59,011 nucleotides of DNA, filler included, from Catajapyx aquilonaris (GCA_000934665.2; 3 parts of 3 records of this genome joined end to end with filler, not necessarily neighbours in it), one strand, 5' to 3'; positions 14,300 through 27,256 are shown, numbered from the whole stretch's first letter. Notes: a model not told the origin generated them from the sequence alone. Numbers and translations: made by a program.

Positions 14300-14861
14300 C
14301 TAATGAGCGGAGTTTGGCTAAGATTTCACCTCCATTAAAAATAAAGATTAAAAAAACGGAGTTGTAGAGTCTGGGGTGGAACTAATATTTCAGTGGGCTG
14401 CGATTCATCCCGTGACGTTGGAGCAGGTCTATTTGTCTGCCAAGACAGATGCTGATTCTAATTTCATTAGCGGTTCCATCAGGAGGTTGCTTATATTTTG
14501 TCGGATTAGAGGATTAGTTCGGGTCTACCGGTTATGTAAACTAGCTTCTCAGAGAAGAGAAGAAAACGTACAGGATTTTTATGACGCGGCCTGTTCTTCT
14601 CCTTCTTCTCATATATTTTAAAACGCGAGGCTCGAAAGGCGATCAGAATCAGCGAGTAATAGCTTCTTAATGATGTTGGAAGGGGGAAATGAGTACCCCG
14701 CATTTTTCCCGAGGGTTATACAATTGCCCCTCCTTTTTTTGCCTGGTTTTCATGCTTATCCGATCAACACTGCAGGTTTCCTTCAGGAGACTTGCACGTA
14801 GCTCTTAGGAATTCGGTGTGTAATACTTGCAAATTAATGAAAGGAGAGAGGGGCATTTTTT

Positions 14862-14923
14862 GTCAGATTATTCTTCCCTTGAATTATTGCTTGTACAATA
14901 ATTCAAGGGAAGAATAATCTGAC
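14862..14923. repeat. Perfect 28-bp inverted repeat with 6-nt loop
   Basis: gtcagattattcttcccttgaattattg-cttgta-caataattcaagggaagaataatctgac. Confidence 0.95.
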
Positions 14924-15906
14924 CTATAATAAACTTACCGCGGTTTTTGCCTTGGTGTTTGCCTCAAAAGGTGTTGATAAATAATTGAAAAACAATAGAT
15001 AAGAGGAGGATCCTCTGTTTTAAAACTGACTGTGAATAGAAAGTATGCATGATGAAATAATTGTTACCGCGCCGACATTTTTTCCATCAATATATTTAAA
15101 ATAACACGATATCGTGTATATACGTATATCGATTTGGTATGAATCTATACTGAATTCAAGTTTGCATGATGTGACAATGAAAACTAAAAGGATAAGTTTA
15201 TATTAATTAATGATGCAGTTTTATGCCACAACGCTCTCCTTACATTTTCTGTATGAAAAGCCATGTTCTGTGTATGAATATCATTATAAATAAATTATAT
15301 TATCCTAATTCGCAACATTCCATGGGAATGGTGTAGCGTGTGCATGACTAAGCAGAAGACACCACTTCATAACTCAAAATTACTCCATCATCTGATCTAG
15401 GGTGCAAAAAAATTGTTTATGATCGCGCAAGATGAGCAGGAATGTAAAAAAGTTCCGCAATAAATTTCGCCATGAGCTTCATCCTTGAATATAGGACAAA
15501 AAAAACTATATTTTTATTTCAAGAAAATTTTTAATTAGGTCTCACCTGCTCTAGAGAATTTTTTGCTGCTACGGAAAATCAACCGCTCAAAAAATATTTC
15601 AAGATTCAGGTATTCCTGTTAGGCTATGTATTTCATAGGCCTATAGGTATGAATAACGTCCCAAGGTAAGACGTGAAGATTTTATTAATTTTGCACATTT
15701 ATTAATGGCAAGGACATATATGTGGAATAAACGACTCTGATATGCCTATCATATTTTTATTTTTATTTTAATCATATTTTATTAATATACGTTTATAAAA
15801 GCGTATTTCAAGACAGCGTTCAATAGTATAATATGTTAGGCAGGGTGATTACGCCTCTGTATATAGTTGATCCTATGCCTGTGCCTCTCTAAATGAAACC
15901 ACGCAC

Positions 15907-15959
15907 CTGTAAGTTCTCCCGCAGCGCCAAATAGCCGGCAGTAACATCCATTTGATATC
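15907..15959 (-). CDS. Candidate internal exon of an unidentified minus-strand gene
   Basis: Acceptor tttccaaatag|, donor cag|gtgcgt. Reads (x)YQMDVTAGYLALRENLQ, phase 1 to 0. Confidence 0.35.
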
Positions 15960-18900
15960 CTATTTGGAAACATATTAGGCTGGGTGAAAAGAGAGAAGGA
16001 AGCAGAAGCGTAATAACTCATCCGAGCACATCGAGTCTCTTTCAAAACACTTCTCTTCTTTGCAGTGATGCCGACCCAACTTTGGTCCCTGTTGGGCTGG
16101 GTGGAGTACCGCCCAAAATATTCCTCCTGATTGCTTTTCTGGTAATTGGCACATAGGGGTGGAGATACACCAGGAATTACACCAGACTTATTGAGAAGGA
16201 CTAATCGTTTCTACTAAAGGTATAGGCGATTATTACCTGTGTTTTGGGAGTGACAAAGATGGGCGGATTTTTTTTTTTTCGCTCACCCCTAACATTTGTC
16301 TTGTGTTATTCCCCATCTGTCAAGGGGTGAAACGACGAGGCTTGTTGCTGGAAAAGAGTGTTTCATGTTCTGTCCTCCTCCCTTCTCAGCACGAGCTCTC
16401 TATCACACCCCCGGCAACTCCGCCCTTTACACGCGGATCGAAGCATGGGGAAAACCTTTGATTTTACAGCCCCTTTTACCACTAGAAACTTGTTGTAAAT
16501 ATAAGCAACATTGTCCACAATGTGAAGCAGAATAAGAATCATCATATGGGTTATGCAACTCAACGTGCAGGTCATAGCCTACAATAGCCTAACATAGATA
16601 CAAATACCTCCACAATGAAGCTGAAAGTGCTAAAGTTAACTAGAATAACTTTGTCCTGTAACATTTTGCGGAATCCAAATCCGCGATTAAGACGACACAT
16701 TTAGGACCACCTTGCATATATGACACTTCCTTGGGAGAAAGTAGCCCCATCAGAATATGACAATAAACAAGTAAGCTGTCGGAGGGCAATTGGTCCTGAC
16801 AGTAGTCCATTATCTTTTGACATCCGCTGCCATTTATTCTCTCTGCCTTTCCCTTTTGCAATCATGTGGAAATGAATAAGAGATAAGCAGATGATTGAGA
16901 CGTCCCCAGGCCTACCCGTGGGGATTTTGCTAATGTCGCTTGCGGTGCACTAACAGGATTTAGTCCTCGTAATGGTATTTTCTGTCCGGCCACGCGATTG
17001 TTGTTGCAGTGTGCACAGATGTGCTTTTTGTGCACAAATTTTTGATATGAACCTTTGAGGTTTTAAAAATGAAAAGGCGAATAACATTGCTCAAAACAAA
17101 TCGTATAATCAACAAAGTAACTTGTATAATTTCACTCCCACTGTAAGACATTACACTTTTATGCGCTTCATATATGAAGCTGACATTTTTTGCACGTTTA
17201 TTCCGCCCCCAGCTTTTCGAAAGGACAAATACATTGTCGCGAGGACAACCGTTGTGTTGCAAGTTTCTTCATAATTTATCAGGGTTCAGTGTCGGCGAAT
17301 GCAAGATGTGCCTTTTTGTACCCATCTCTCCCAAATAGTGGCTTGAGAGTAGATGACACGTATGTTGTACGTGTCATTTGTAACTAGAGTGTGCAAAAAT
17401 ATCTCACTAATTTTTGCATGAACTCTACAAGCTCCATGTATATACACCTATACAGTCTAGACCGTGTTAATCAAAGCGACTGTCTGAATAAGCACTTATC
17501 ATAAATAATCAGTATTGTAGCCCTGTGGATGCTCCATAGTTAACACAAATGTAAGGGGTTGTAAAAAAAAAGTTGTTCCATTTTCTAAGAAAAAAGAGAG
17601 AGAAGTGGATGTTGTTTCCTCTCGTTTGTTGAAAATATCAGGCCTAAATAAACCACTTTTAAGTGGTCAACCCAGCACGAGCATAAAGTAGCCATTAATT
17701 AGCGCGGACCTTAAAAGGGGTAGAGAGTTCTAATGTACGTGTCACCTGTGTGGCACACAATTCTAGGTATAAAATGTAACTCTGTCGGTTTCTGCATAAT
17801 GTATGCAAATCACAGGGAGATGTTGAAAGTCCAAGCACACTCTTTCGCTAAATGTCCTGTTACAATGTGCACTTTTATATACACTGCCGGCCAAAATGTG
17901 CTGTCGAGGGAAAGAGTGTATATATTCCGATGGAGAAAGAAAAAGCTCTTTTGTGTCCCATATACTTTTTAAAATCAACATATGAAGGTGACCGTTATTA
18001 AATATTATAATTAATGCACGGCTAGAGCATAATTAAAAATTTGCACGATAACTGACTTATGGACACTTCTCTCAATGTATCCATTGCTGCCTATTTCCTG
18101 TCTGCAAAAAAGACTGCAATTTTTAACATGTGCTTTCATCCAGCAGGGACCGGCCAACTAATTTATGATTTCTGCTCTTGCATTATATGAATTATTTCTA
18201 CACCAAACCCAAGCGTAATAGTTCCCAGCACTATGTTCTGTCCCAATTATTGAAACTGAAACTCAAATAACTTTTTAACTAAAAAAAAGCCATTACTCCC
18301 AGATCAAATGGCTTCTATTATGCAACCCACCACAATAGGACCTCTGCCATGTGAATTCAGTTAGAACATGACCTATGCACATATGCATAATTATTGCAAA
18401 GTGTAACCTTCAGTTTGGAGTTAAGAGGACAACAAGTGACGTTAGTCGCGTGGAAATAGTCTGTTGAAATTCGGCAACATGGGAAGAAGTTGGCGGGCAA
18501 AATCCTTGAGAGTGAGGTCGGGGGTGGGGGGTGGTTATAGAGTATAGTTGTTGGAGAAAGAAAGGCGCGCGCAGATTGGCTGGGCGAGGGTGGAGCCGCT
18601 GACCCGCCATTGGGCACGACTTTGGCCAGGTGACACATTTCCTAGGCCCCCGGTTGGCCACCCAAAATCCTCCAACACTTTTGCCACTGGTTCTGCTAAA
18701 CGCACCTTGAAAGAAAAAGATCACTTCCGGACCACCCACGCCACCCACCCTCCAAAGTCTATAGCTCAGCCTCAGTCTAGCGCTATACTCATGCGACTAT
18801 AGAGCCTATTCCACACACGTGGAAAGGGGGCGACAAATCGATCAATTTTCGCCAGGATATCGCAATCAATCCAAATCACGGAGATGGGGAAAAAAAGATG

Positions 18901-19662
18901 GGCTGGTTTGCAAAATAATATTGCCAGGATGCAAATATCGTTAAGTAAAAATGTTGCAAAAAAAATATTCAAATGGCGTCTCGTGAACTATTTATGGAGA
19001 AGTTATCCGACTCCTTACAACGCAAGTGTTTTCATTCATGAATGGGCGACCTCAATAAATAACAGGGCAATAACCTAGCATGCTTCACTTGTAATCTATA
19101 CCAAAACAAAGCTTATCTCTCACGTAAATTGACTCTTTGAATCCGTAAGTGCCCTGCAATAGCATGATAGTAATTTGTAGAATACTCATAGTAATCCATC
19201 CGAATTTATTCAAGTTATCAGAAAATGAGGTCATTATCAAAACCAGGCTATATCTTCGGTACGAATACTTCAGATGACACATCAGGAATGTCAGATTTAG
19301 TGATTCTTTTCACCGCCCAGGTGACCTTGCCCAATGGGAGGTGGACCTGAGGTGAAACTGTTCCATATATTGGAAATACGAATGTCTGGTTTTGATAATG
19401 TTGGCACTTGAGCTCCTTCTTTTCGCAAACACATTTATAGTCCGGTTCAATAAACTTAAATGGTTTTATTCGCAATAAATAAATAAGTAAATAAATTTAT
19501 ATTACAAAATAAAGCAGAAAGTTTGTATGTCCTCACTTCCGGACTATTGAGAGGCTTAAACTCTGCACACTGATGCCTCACGTGCTTCTGATTGAGGGAA
19601 AAGTTTGGGAAAAGTCCGAAAACCTCCCTTTTTTTGAATTTAGGATTTTTCCGGTCTGCTGC

Positions 19663-19762
19663 NNNNNNNNNNNNNNNNNNNNNNNNNNNNNNNNNNNNNN
19701 NNNNNNTTAATTAATTAANNNNNNNNNNNNNNNNNNNNNNNNNNNNNNNNNNNNNNNNNNNN
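19663..19762. other. Assembly gap spacer
   Basis: N44-TTAATTAATTAA-N44, an artificial linker with stop codons in all six frames. Confidence 0.98.
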
Positions 19763-20086
19763 CTCTGTTCTTCCCCCTGATACAATAAATCTCACTCCCC
19801 TAGGCAGCACCTCTGTTGGAGGCTAATTTCTAGGTTAGGGGTCTGGTAACATACTCCTTGAGCCGACTGTACAATACACAAGTGGTTTCCAACATTGTCT
19901 ATGCCCTTTCCCTTATGCCCAGTAATTCAAGCCAGTGTAGACGGTAGTGACATCACATAATTTCAGACTTGATTCTATCCATCATAGAGATTGACAAAAT
20001 CTATTAGATTAATTTCAGTAGGTCGGATCCTGATGTGATGCAGTGCAATTTACAAGAAGCCAGTCCATGTTGGTGATACAATAGAG

Positions 20087-20991
20087 CAGTGGTTCCCAAA
20101 CTTTTTTTGTCGCGTACCCCTTTTCAAATATGTCAAGACAGTTTGTACCCCCACTCCGACTTTTGTAACCTGGAAATAGTCTTCCATTATTTCAGCCCAA
20201 AAGTTCAGAAGAGTTTTTTCAAATTTCAAAGTTCCATTCGTGGAAATTTTGATGATCTTTTCCTGATTCTGCACTGACATGTTCGGGAGGGGTAAATAAA
20301 TCTTAATCTTTTGATGCAGTTGATATGCATGTCCATCTCGGAAAAATAATTATATGCTGTTGTGCCAATTGATTCATGTGGTCCAATAAGTTGGCTTGGT
20401 CGCTGACCTCAACTGGGCCTCCGCTGTCGCTTTGAAATTCTTGGAATGTTGGAAAGCTAGCAACGTTCATACCTTATACACAACATTCCAAAAACTAGAA
20501 TTTTTTGATCATTCCTTTAGTTTTGTTTTGCACATTAAATATAACTTATTGGCAGTGATGTCTTGAAGCCCCTCGTTTCATTTGTTGAGAGTAAAAATTT
20601 TGTAGGCCAGGTAGATCAGGCTCTGCAGCCATAGATTATTTTCAAATAATTCACAACGTCACAAACCACAATGTTAGAATTGAACCTGTTGTTAGAATTA
20701 ACTCTGCCATGTTGCTTCTTGAGTTTCAGCGCGTGTGATGAATTACAATGGTATACGGATAAGTCAGAAAATGTCTCTGCATGTAATAAATCTCCACTAA
20801 AATAATAATAGCAAAACGAAAGATGGGAATGTATGAGTATGACAATTTTTTGTGTTTTACTCATCAGAAGCTGGTTCATTCTTGTTGAATAAGAATATGG
20901 TTCCCACAAATGCAGAGACTGGACGCCATTGCAAGATATCTTTCGTGTACCCCCTAAATTGTGTACACGTACCCCAGTTTGAAAACCACTG
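20087..20991. mobile_element. Non-autonomous hAT (Charlie/Buster-type) element
   Basis: TIRs CAGTGGTTCCCAAACT / AGTTTGAAAACCACTG; exact 8-bp TSD CAATAGAG (nnnTAnnn). Confidence 0.92.
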
Positions 20992-21107
20992 CAATAGAGG
21001 GTTATGAGGTTATTCAAGAATCTGATAGTTCAATCTAGGTGTAATAAATGAGCAGTTTTCTATCAGAATTGTACTTGGATTACATGTTTTATTTAATATC
21101 TTTTCAG

Positions 21108-21247
21108 CCATTCATGAGATGGCCCACAACCTTGCTTTTGGCCATTCAAGACCCCTTGCCAACCGTGCACTAGGCATGTTTGCCAATCTGCCCATTGGAC
21201 TTCCGTTCTCAGTCTCCTTTAAGAAGTACCATCTGGAGCACCACAGA
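21108..21247 (+). CDS. DEGS1: Sphingolipid delta(4)-desaturase (DEGS1/ifc-like), first visible coding exon (internal)
   Basis: Acceptor ttttcag| and donor |gttagt. Translates (A)[46 protein letters not shown], with His boxes 1 (HExxH) and 2 (HLEHH) of DES1-family desaturases. Confidence 0.96.
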
Positions 21248-21314
21248 GTTAGTATATACTTGTATGAAATAGCTTTATTATCCGTCACTCACATTTACTA
21301 AGATTAAATTTTAG

Positions 21315-21528
21315 TACCAAGGTGATGAGAAGAAGGACACAGACATTCCAACTTACCTGGAGGCACGGCTGTTCTGCACTACCCTAGGAAAATCCATCTG
21401 GCTTTTATTACAGCCTTTCTTCTATGCTCTGAGGCCAGTCATCATCTACCCAAAGTCACCTTCCATGCTCGAGTACATCAACGTAGCAGTTCAAGTGACA
21501 TTTGATGTATTTGTCTACAAGTACTTTG
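21315..21528 (+). CDS. DEGS1: Sphingolipid delta(4)-desaturase, internal exon
   Basis: Follows a 67-nt GT-AG phase-0 intron. Translates YQGDEKKDTDIPTYLEARLFCTTLGKSIWLLLQPFFYALRPVIIYPK...KYF(G); donor |gtgagc, phase 1. Confidence 0.96.
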
Positions 21529-21677
21529 GTGAGCATTGCCATGTATCATAATGCCTGTTGGATGTTATGTTTGAGTGTGCCTTTTGAGAAGCATTGACAC
21601 CATACATACTGTAATAAGAAGGAAAGATTTCATATGGCCCTGTAATATTTTATGTATAACTTACCTGGGATGGGAAC

Positions 21678-22150
21678 TACGGCTGTGCGGTTATTGAATT
21701 TGGAAACAGGTTATCGGTTCTTGAAATAACCTCAGTTATAACTGGTTAGCGGTTATTTCAGATTAACTGGTTATTTTAGATTAGCCAGTTATTTTCATAG
21801 GAGAATTGGTAAATAACGCAAGAGATCAGAGAAGCAAGTGAGAAATCTTTAATGTGCTAAATGAAATCTACAAACTACAAATTACAAACTTGGCTTACGG
21901 CTTTGGCACATGCTCCTTATTCCTTGTTAAAAATATGAGCCATTCGGCATGCACACCTGTGAGACCACAGTACCACACCGCTCCTTCGACGGTAATAAAC
22001 CGGTAATTCTGAAATCCGATCACCGAGACCCATTAACCGGTTAATCGGACAAACCGTTAGTGCAATTTAACCGGTTATTTCAGTAAAAATTAACCAGCTA
22101 ACAGGTTAATGCAATAGGCTAAAAATTAACCTGTTAACCGCACAGCCCTA
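21678..22150. mobile_element. Non-autonomous hAT (Ac-type) element
   Basis: TIRs TA(c)GGCTGTGCGGTTA / TAACCGCACAGCCCTA, many subterminal GGTTA/TAACC motifs, exact 8-bp TSD ATGGGAAC. Confidence 0.92.
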
Positions 22151-22536
22151 ATGGGAACAACTCGTATTTATAGATGAGTGTTCTCTTATTAATAGAGGAG
22201 TGTTCTCTTATTAATGTACTATTGGCACATCCGGAAAATAAGGTCCGTTTTTTATTAGAAAAGCAACAATGTATAATACCTCTAGAATTTCCATTGCATA
22301 CATCTGAAAGCTTCAACTGTCCACTTTTATTCAAAATAGTTTCCAGCCAAATTGAGGCATTTGTCATAGAGATGCACAGGATTTTGTATGCCTATGTCAT
22401 AGACGTTTGCCACCAGCCACTTCCCCGATCCCTGAACACTGCACTGCAACTTCTCGTCATTGTCAAACCTCTGCTTTGCTTGCCATTTCTTCATGTCCAT
22501 AGACAGGTGGTAATGACAGGTGGCTTTGAAGAAAGC

Positions 22537-23734
22537 GATCAGACAATTCTCATTTGAATTGTTTCAACAGGGTGCCTGTATTCAAGGCAGTATGCGAGCG
22601 GGCATTGTCGTGCAAGAAAAACACCTTGGAACTCAACATGCCACGACAATGCCCACTCGCATACTGCCTTGAATACAGGCACCCTGTTGAAACAATTGAA
22701 GCACCCAGAATGAAAACGCACATAACTCCAAAAAAACCAAAATTCTGTTTATGATCGCAAAGGGTACCTCAAGCCTAGGTGCAACAGCTGCAGAGAGGAA
22801 ACAACCTAATTCCACACGGAACACTGGATAAGATGGGGCCAAAACCCCAACCTAACTTTTTTTGGGGAGTATGGTTGCTTTCATTCTCAATTCAGTGGCC
22901 TGGTGCATGGCGATAGTCATTTGTCCAAAATGTTGGTTGGGGCAAAGTTTGATGTCATTATCATGAATGGTCATGATTTGCATGATTTCAAAGGGCATTT
23001 TGCGCCGATTTTTACGCGGTCTGTCACTGCTTCTGATTTCAAAGTGCGAGATTCTGTAATACTCAAAGGTGCACAAGTTTCAGGTCAGGGCATCACAAAC
23101 TATGTCTGGTACTCTGTGGCAGTCATATGTTGGACAGAGGAAAGCAACATGTTTCTCATTTCCTACGGAAGCATTGTACAAGGAATTCATTCCAGTAAAG
23201 TCTGCTATAAATTGACATGTTCTGAAACTGTGCAAGTACCTCAAATCAGCTGAAACTGACCGATTGATCAGGTCGTTGAAATCTGTTGATGGTGACAATG
23301 ACTCAGATTCTGATTAGTAAATCAGTGTGTCTGTATTGTAAGGATTTTGATGTGTATGATGTATTTTTTGATGCCTATGGGAATGAATGCTGCACCAACA
23401 AAGCAATACAGAATGAAATTGATTAACCTACATTTAACCATGATCCAGAGCAGGAGGGTACAGTTACCTCGATAAAAGTGTTCATCAATAATGAAAGGAA
23501 CCTAACTCCACATGATATATCTTGATTTGGCGCCTATCCCATGTGGAGAAACCAGTCTGTCTGTGGTGGAAGAAGTAGCTTATAACATAGTCCTTGACCA
23601 TGTGAAGCCACGTTTCACTTATTTAGGTACTAACAACAGGAGACAGAAAAAACGTTCCCCTGAAAAAAAATTTATTTTGGCGTTCTGCGCGTTTTCATTC
23701 TGGGTGCTTCAATTCAAATGATAATTGTCTGATC
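22537..23734. mobile_element. Palindromic MITE split by a later insertion
   Basis: Hairpin 22537-22697; its right arm resumes at 23711-23734 (aattcaaatgataattgtctgatc, the reverse complement of 22537-22560). Confidence 0.8.
22698..23710 (+). mobile_element. Deleted DNA transposon, probably Sola1-like
   Basis: TIR GAAGCACCCAGAATGAAAACGC with 4-bp TSD AATT. Internal remnant HGDSHLS...KFDVIIMNGHDLHDFKGHF resembles the Sola transposase C-terminal region (from memory). Confidence 0.7.
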
Positions 23735-23752
23735 ATTAGGCTACTTCAGAAT

Positions 23753-24024
23753 GGGGAGGCAGAGTGGCGCTGTGGTAACGTATGCGCCCACGTATGTAAG
23801 GGTCCCGGGTTTGATACCAAGCCCGGGCATCCCCCCCTTCATCTCGTGCAGAGTTGGGTCGTCTCTGGCTTCGTCTCGGGTGGGACTCCTGAGACTAACC
23901 ACTCGGGGGAGTTCACAAAATCTACTGCTATTGAGACATTGCACTGCACATTGCATATACCCTCCCACTCATCTCCCCTTCGCTCACGGTACCCCGGCGT
24001 TATGGAAAAGGACCAACATGTACA
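23753..24024 (+). mobile_element. tRNA-derived SINE family A
   Basis: A box TGGCGCTGTGG, B box GGTTTGATACC; homologous to three other copies in the window. Confidence 0.88.
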
Positions 24025-24026
24025 TA

Positions 24027-24637
24027 GTAGGAATCAGAACATCATGAACTTCAGAAAAAATAGCAGATCTGTAAATTGCAACAGTGCAAGGGTTTGGGCA
24101 GGCCATGGTGAGATAGGAGTAGATAAGAAAGACCAGACCTTAATCTACCCACCTCAGGCTTAATAAGTGGGGAACTGGATCTCCTAAAATAATCACGTAA
24201 ATTTTTAAGGATGCCACTTTTTCCATTTTTGACATCATATATGGATTCTAAGGTGTCGAAAACCTATATTTTCATACTCGATTCATACCAGTCATGTTAC
24301 AAGTAGCTTTATCATGATAACTACCACAAGTTTTTCTTTATATACATATGGGTTCCTACATATGGGTTCCTGTGGACCTGTTTGTGACATGAAAATATAG
24401 GTTTTCGACACGTTAGAATTCATATATATTGTGAAAAATGTAAAAAGGGGTGTCCTTAAAAAGTTATGGGATTATTTTAGAAGCTACAGTACCCCACTTA
24501 TGAAGCTGTAGGTGGGTAGATTAAGGAAGGGTCTTTCTTATCTGCTCCTATCCTACAGTAGCCTGCCCAAACCATTGCACTGTTGCAATTTACAGATCTA
24601 CTATTTTTTCTGAAGTTCATCATGTTCTGATTCCTAC
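24027..24637. mobile_element. Foldback-like MITE with ~250-bp TIRs
   Basis: TA|GTAGGAATCAGAACAT...ATGTTCTGATTCCTAC|TA; arms align through ...GTGTCGAAAACCTATATTTTCAT. Confidence 0.88.
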
Positions 24638-24978
24638 TATAAGCTTGTACATCTAAAGCAAATCAAGGTACTGTGCCAGATGCCCATCAATGGGCAGTGC
24701 ACTAACCCAATTATTATTATTACTTTAGAGCCACCTGTCATTACCACCTGTCTATGGACATGAAGAAATGGCAAGCAAAACAGAGGTTTGACAATGACGA
24801 GGAGTTGCAGTACAGTGTTCAGGGATTGGGGAAGTGGCTGGCAGCAAACGTCTATGACATAGGCATACAAAATCCTGTGCAACTCTATGACAAATGCCTC
24901 AATTTGGCTGGAAACTATTTTGAAAAAAAAGTAGACAGTTTAAGCTTTCAGATGTATGTTATGGAAATTCTAGAGGTA

Positions 24979-25189
24979 CACCCGCGAGCATAAAGATGGA
25001 GACGCTAGGCCCTCACCTTTGGCAGGCTGCTCGGCCAATCTCAGCAATTACGGTATCAAATATACTGTCATAAATACACGAACACACGCTTGAAGCAGCT
25101 AACTCAGTCCAAAAATAGTTCATTAATTTGAGTCGGATAAAGAAAGGTCAAAAAAGGGCCTGCCGTCTCCATCTTTATGCTCGCGGGGG
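24979..25189. mobile_element. Tc1/mariner-type MITE inserted in the mariner arm
   Basis: TIR CACCCGCGAGCATAAAGATGGAGAC with TA TSD; absent from the sister arm near 22270. Confidence 0.88.
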
Positions 25190-26289
25190 TACATTGTTGC
25201 TTTTCTAATAATAAACTGACCTCATTTTCTGGACGCACCAATATCACCACAATAATACTGTGCCAACTGATTTAGACAACAAAACCAGTGTACCAACCAG
25301 ATATGCCCAGATGGCTTTTATTGGAGTCTTTCCCCCTATATTATTATCTTGCCAATGTCACCCTGTATGCTCAGGTGCATCAGTGGTGCAATGAAAGTTC
25401 CTTTATATACTGGCATACTACTCTTTATGGCACTTTGATAATAAAGCACTTTGCTAAGAAGTGCTTTCAGTTATATTAATTTTTATAATTGTTGAGCCGA
25501 GCCTTCTCTTAAGGTAATGTGGTGATGCACACATCAGCTGAGTCAAAGTCAGCAGTGCCATTTTGTTGTTAAACATATTTTATGGCCTAGCACTTTTGTA
25601 TGGGTAATGTAAGGTAGTGTAAATATGTTTTAAAGCTTGTGCTAGCAAGTGGAAAGGGCCTGCGATTTGCTTTGTGGAACTATTCACTCGACAGCAGAGA
25701 TCTGGAACTGAACCCACCGTATTGATGAGGTATTCCTGCATTTGCCAACAAGTACTCTGTGGAGCAATGCCAGTGTATCATATTCATTGTTTGATATTAT
25801 GTTTGAGTATGATAGAAACATAGACCATACACACCGTAATACACACAAAAAAATCATATGGCCACCACAATACAGGGAGCCCTTGACTTGTGTAAGTGGA
25901 TAAATTTGCAACATTATAGGTTGTGTCGAATTTGACGTCACTCGGAATCTGTTTTTTAATACAGTATTCTGTACTGTACTTATACATTGATCCTAGTTTC
26001 ACTCTCATATTCGATTGAGGCCGTTGTGATAGGAAAGGTATTCCTTGGGAGGCCCAGAGGTTGGGTGCAAATGTCTGTCACTTGTAAACTGAGTGAGGGA
26101 ATTAGTCTAGGCAAGCAAGTTCAGGTTGCCATGCACTGAAAGGTTCTCTTCCTGGAATGTTTTCTCTGCCATCAGCCAAAATTTCTAGTGGAAATTGTTT
26201 GTAATAATGCCATAGCCATATTGTGCATCTAGGATTGACCAAGCATTAATTACATTAAATGACAGTTTTAGAGAACAATATGTGACTAA

Positions 26290-26437
26290 GGGCCAGTTGC
26301 ACCGACCTCAGTATATCTTAGAACCTCGGGTATAACAAGAATTGCCATAGCAATCATTGTTGGTCAACAATGATTGCTATGGCAATTCTTGTTATACCCG
26401 AAGTTCTAAGATATACTGAGGTCGGTGCAACTGGCCC
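26290..26437. mobile_element. PIF/Harbinger (Tourist-like) palindromic MITE
   Basis: TAA TSD, GGGCCAGTTGCACC termini; near-perfect 73-bp arms (one mismatch seen) with 2-nt centre. Confidence 0.92.
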
Positions 26438-26579
26438 TAAAGGAATTGACTATCATCTACCATTGCCATTTAAATTTAAATTGTAAAAGCTTCCTAGCAC
26501 ATTCGGTGACCATTTAAAATGCAATAAAATTACAAATTGTCAACTTTCCAGCTCAGAATGTCACTATACAAATAACATT

Positions 26580-27045
26580 CACTGTACTCCTGCTTATCCG
26601 GGCTAATGGCTGCGGAGATGTCCCCGGATAATAGGAAAACACGGATAATCCGAAAATGGTCCTAGATACTGTAAAATTAGCTATTTGCAGGTTTTAAATG
26701 AAATGTATTTTGCTTTAAATCAGATTTAATCAAAATGAGAGAAATTTCCATATATTTTTAGTTTGTCTTCTAAAAAAGAGTCTGTCATATTTCTTTGTTT
26801 GCGAGAAAAATTGACCTTTTTTCAGATTTTTCTTTGTTTTAGCCATGCACGGATAATCCTCACCCTGATAATCAGGAGTACACTGCTGTCCCATGGAGAG
26901 ACACCGTAACTCAAAAATTAGTACGGGTGAAGGTCGCATGCGAATCCTTCCTGAGTCAGGGAGGATTAGTGCAGGGCATGCACGCCACTTACACCCTTCC
27001 TAGTTTTTGAGTTATGGTGTTTCTCCATGGGACGGCAGTACAGTG
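26580..27045. mobile_element. Pogo/Tigger-like MITE with a second MITE (26883-27038) in its right TIR
   Basis: Host TIR CACTGTACTCCTGCTTATCCGGG; inner TIR CTGC(C/T)GTCCCATGGAGA.ACACC.TAACTCAAAAA flanked by duplicated TACA. Confidence 0.75.
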
Positions 27046-27256
27046 TATATAAAAACTGGCTTTCACTTTTTCATCCATTAGGAACAACTTCAACTAAAAC
27101 TATCGTGGTACACAACAAAATCAATCCTGAGGGTAATTCTTTGCCAAAAGGGTGATGTAATTATGTTAATTTTACTGCATCTTTTTAAATGTGTTCTCTG
27201 CTCACAACTTGCTGAATTAGTTTTGTGTCCAATTGACTGAGGTTTTGTATTGACAG

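Larger units (their letters stand above)
22222..25241. mobile_element. Mariner-derived composite: two inverted 3' halves flanking nested insertions
   Basis: Arms 22222-22531 and 24723-25241 are reverse complements. They encode a mariner transposase C-terminus (KKWQAKQRFDNDEELQ...YDIGIQN.V..YDKCLNL.GNY.EK). TA flanks both outer ends. Confidence 0.8.

Noticed and set aside
19707..19718. TTAATTAATTAA palindrome inside N runs (also 39341-39352)
   Set aside because: Identical synthetic six-frame-stop linker in both gaps; not biological.
23753..23830. tRNA-like A/B boxes here and near 28060, 33550, 37110, 40240, 49990
   Set aside because: They are heads of repeated SINEs with bodies, tails and in some cases TSDs; I could not build a complete cloverleaf.
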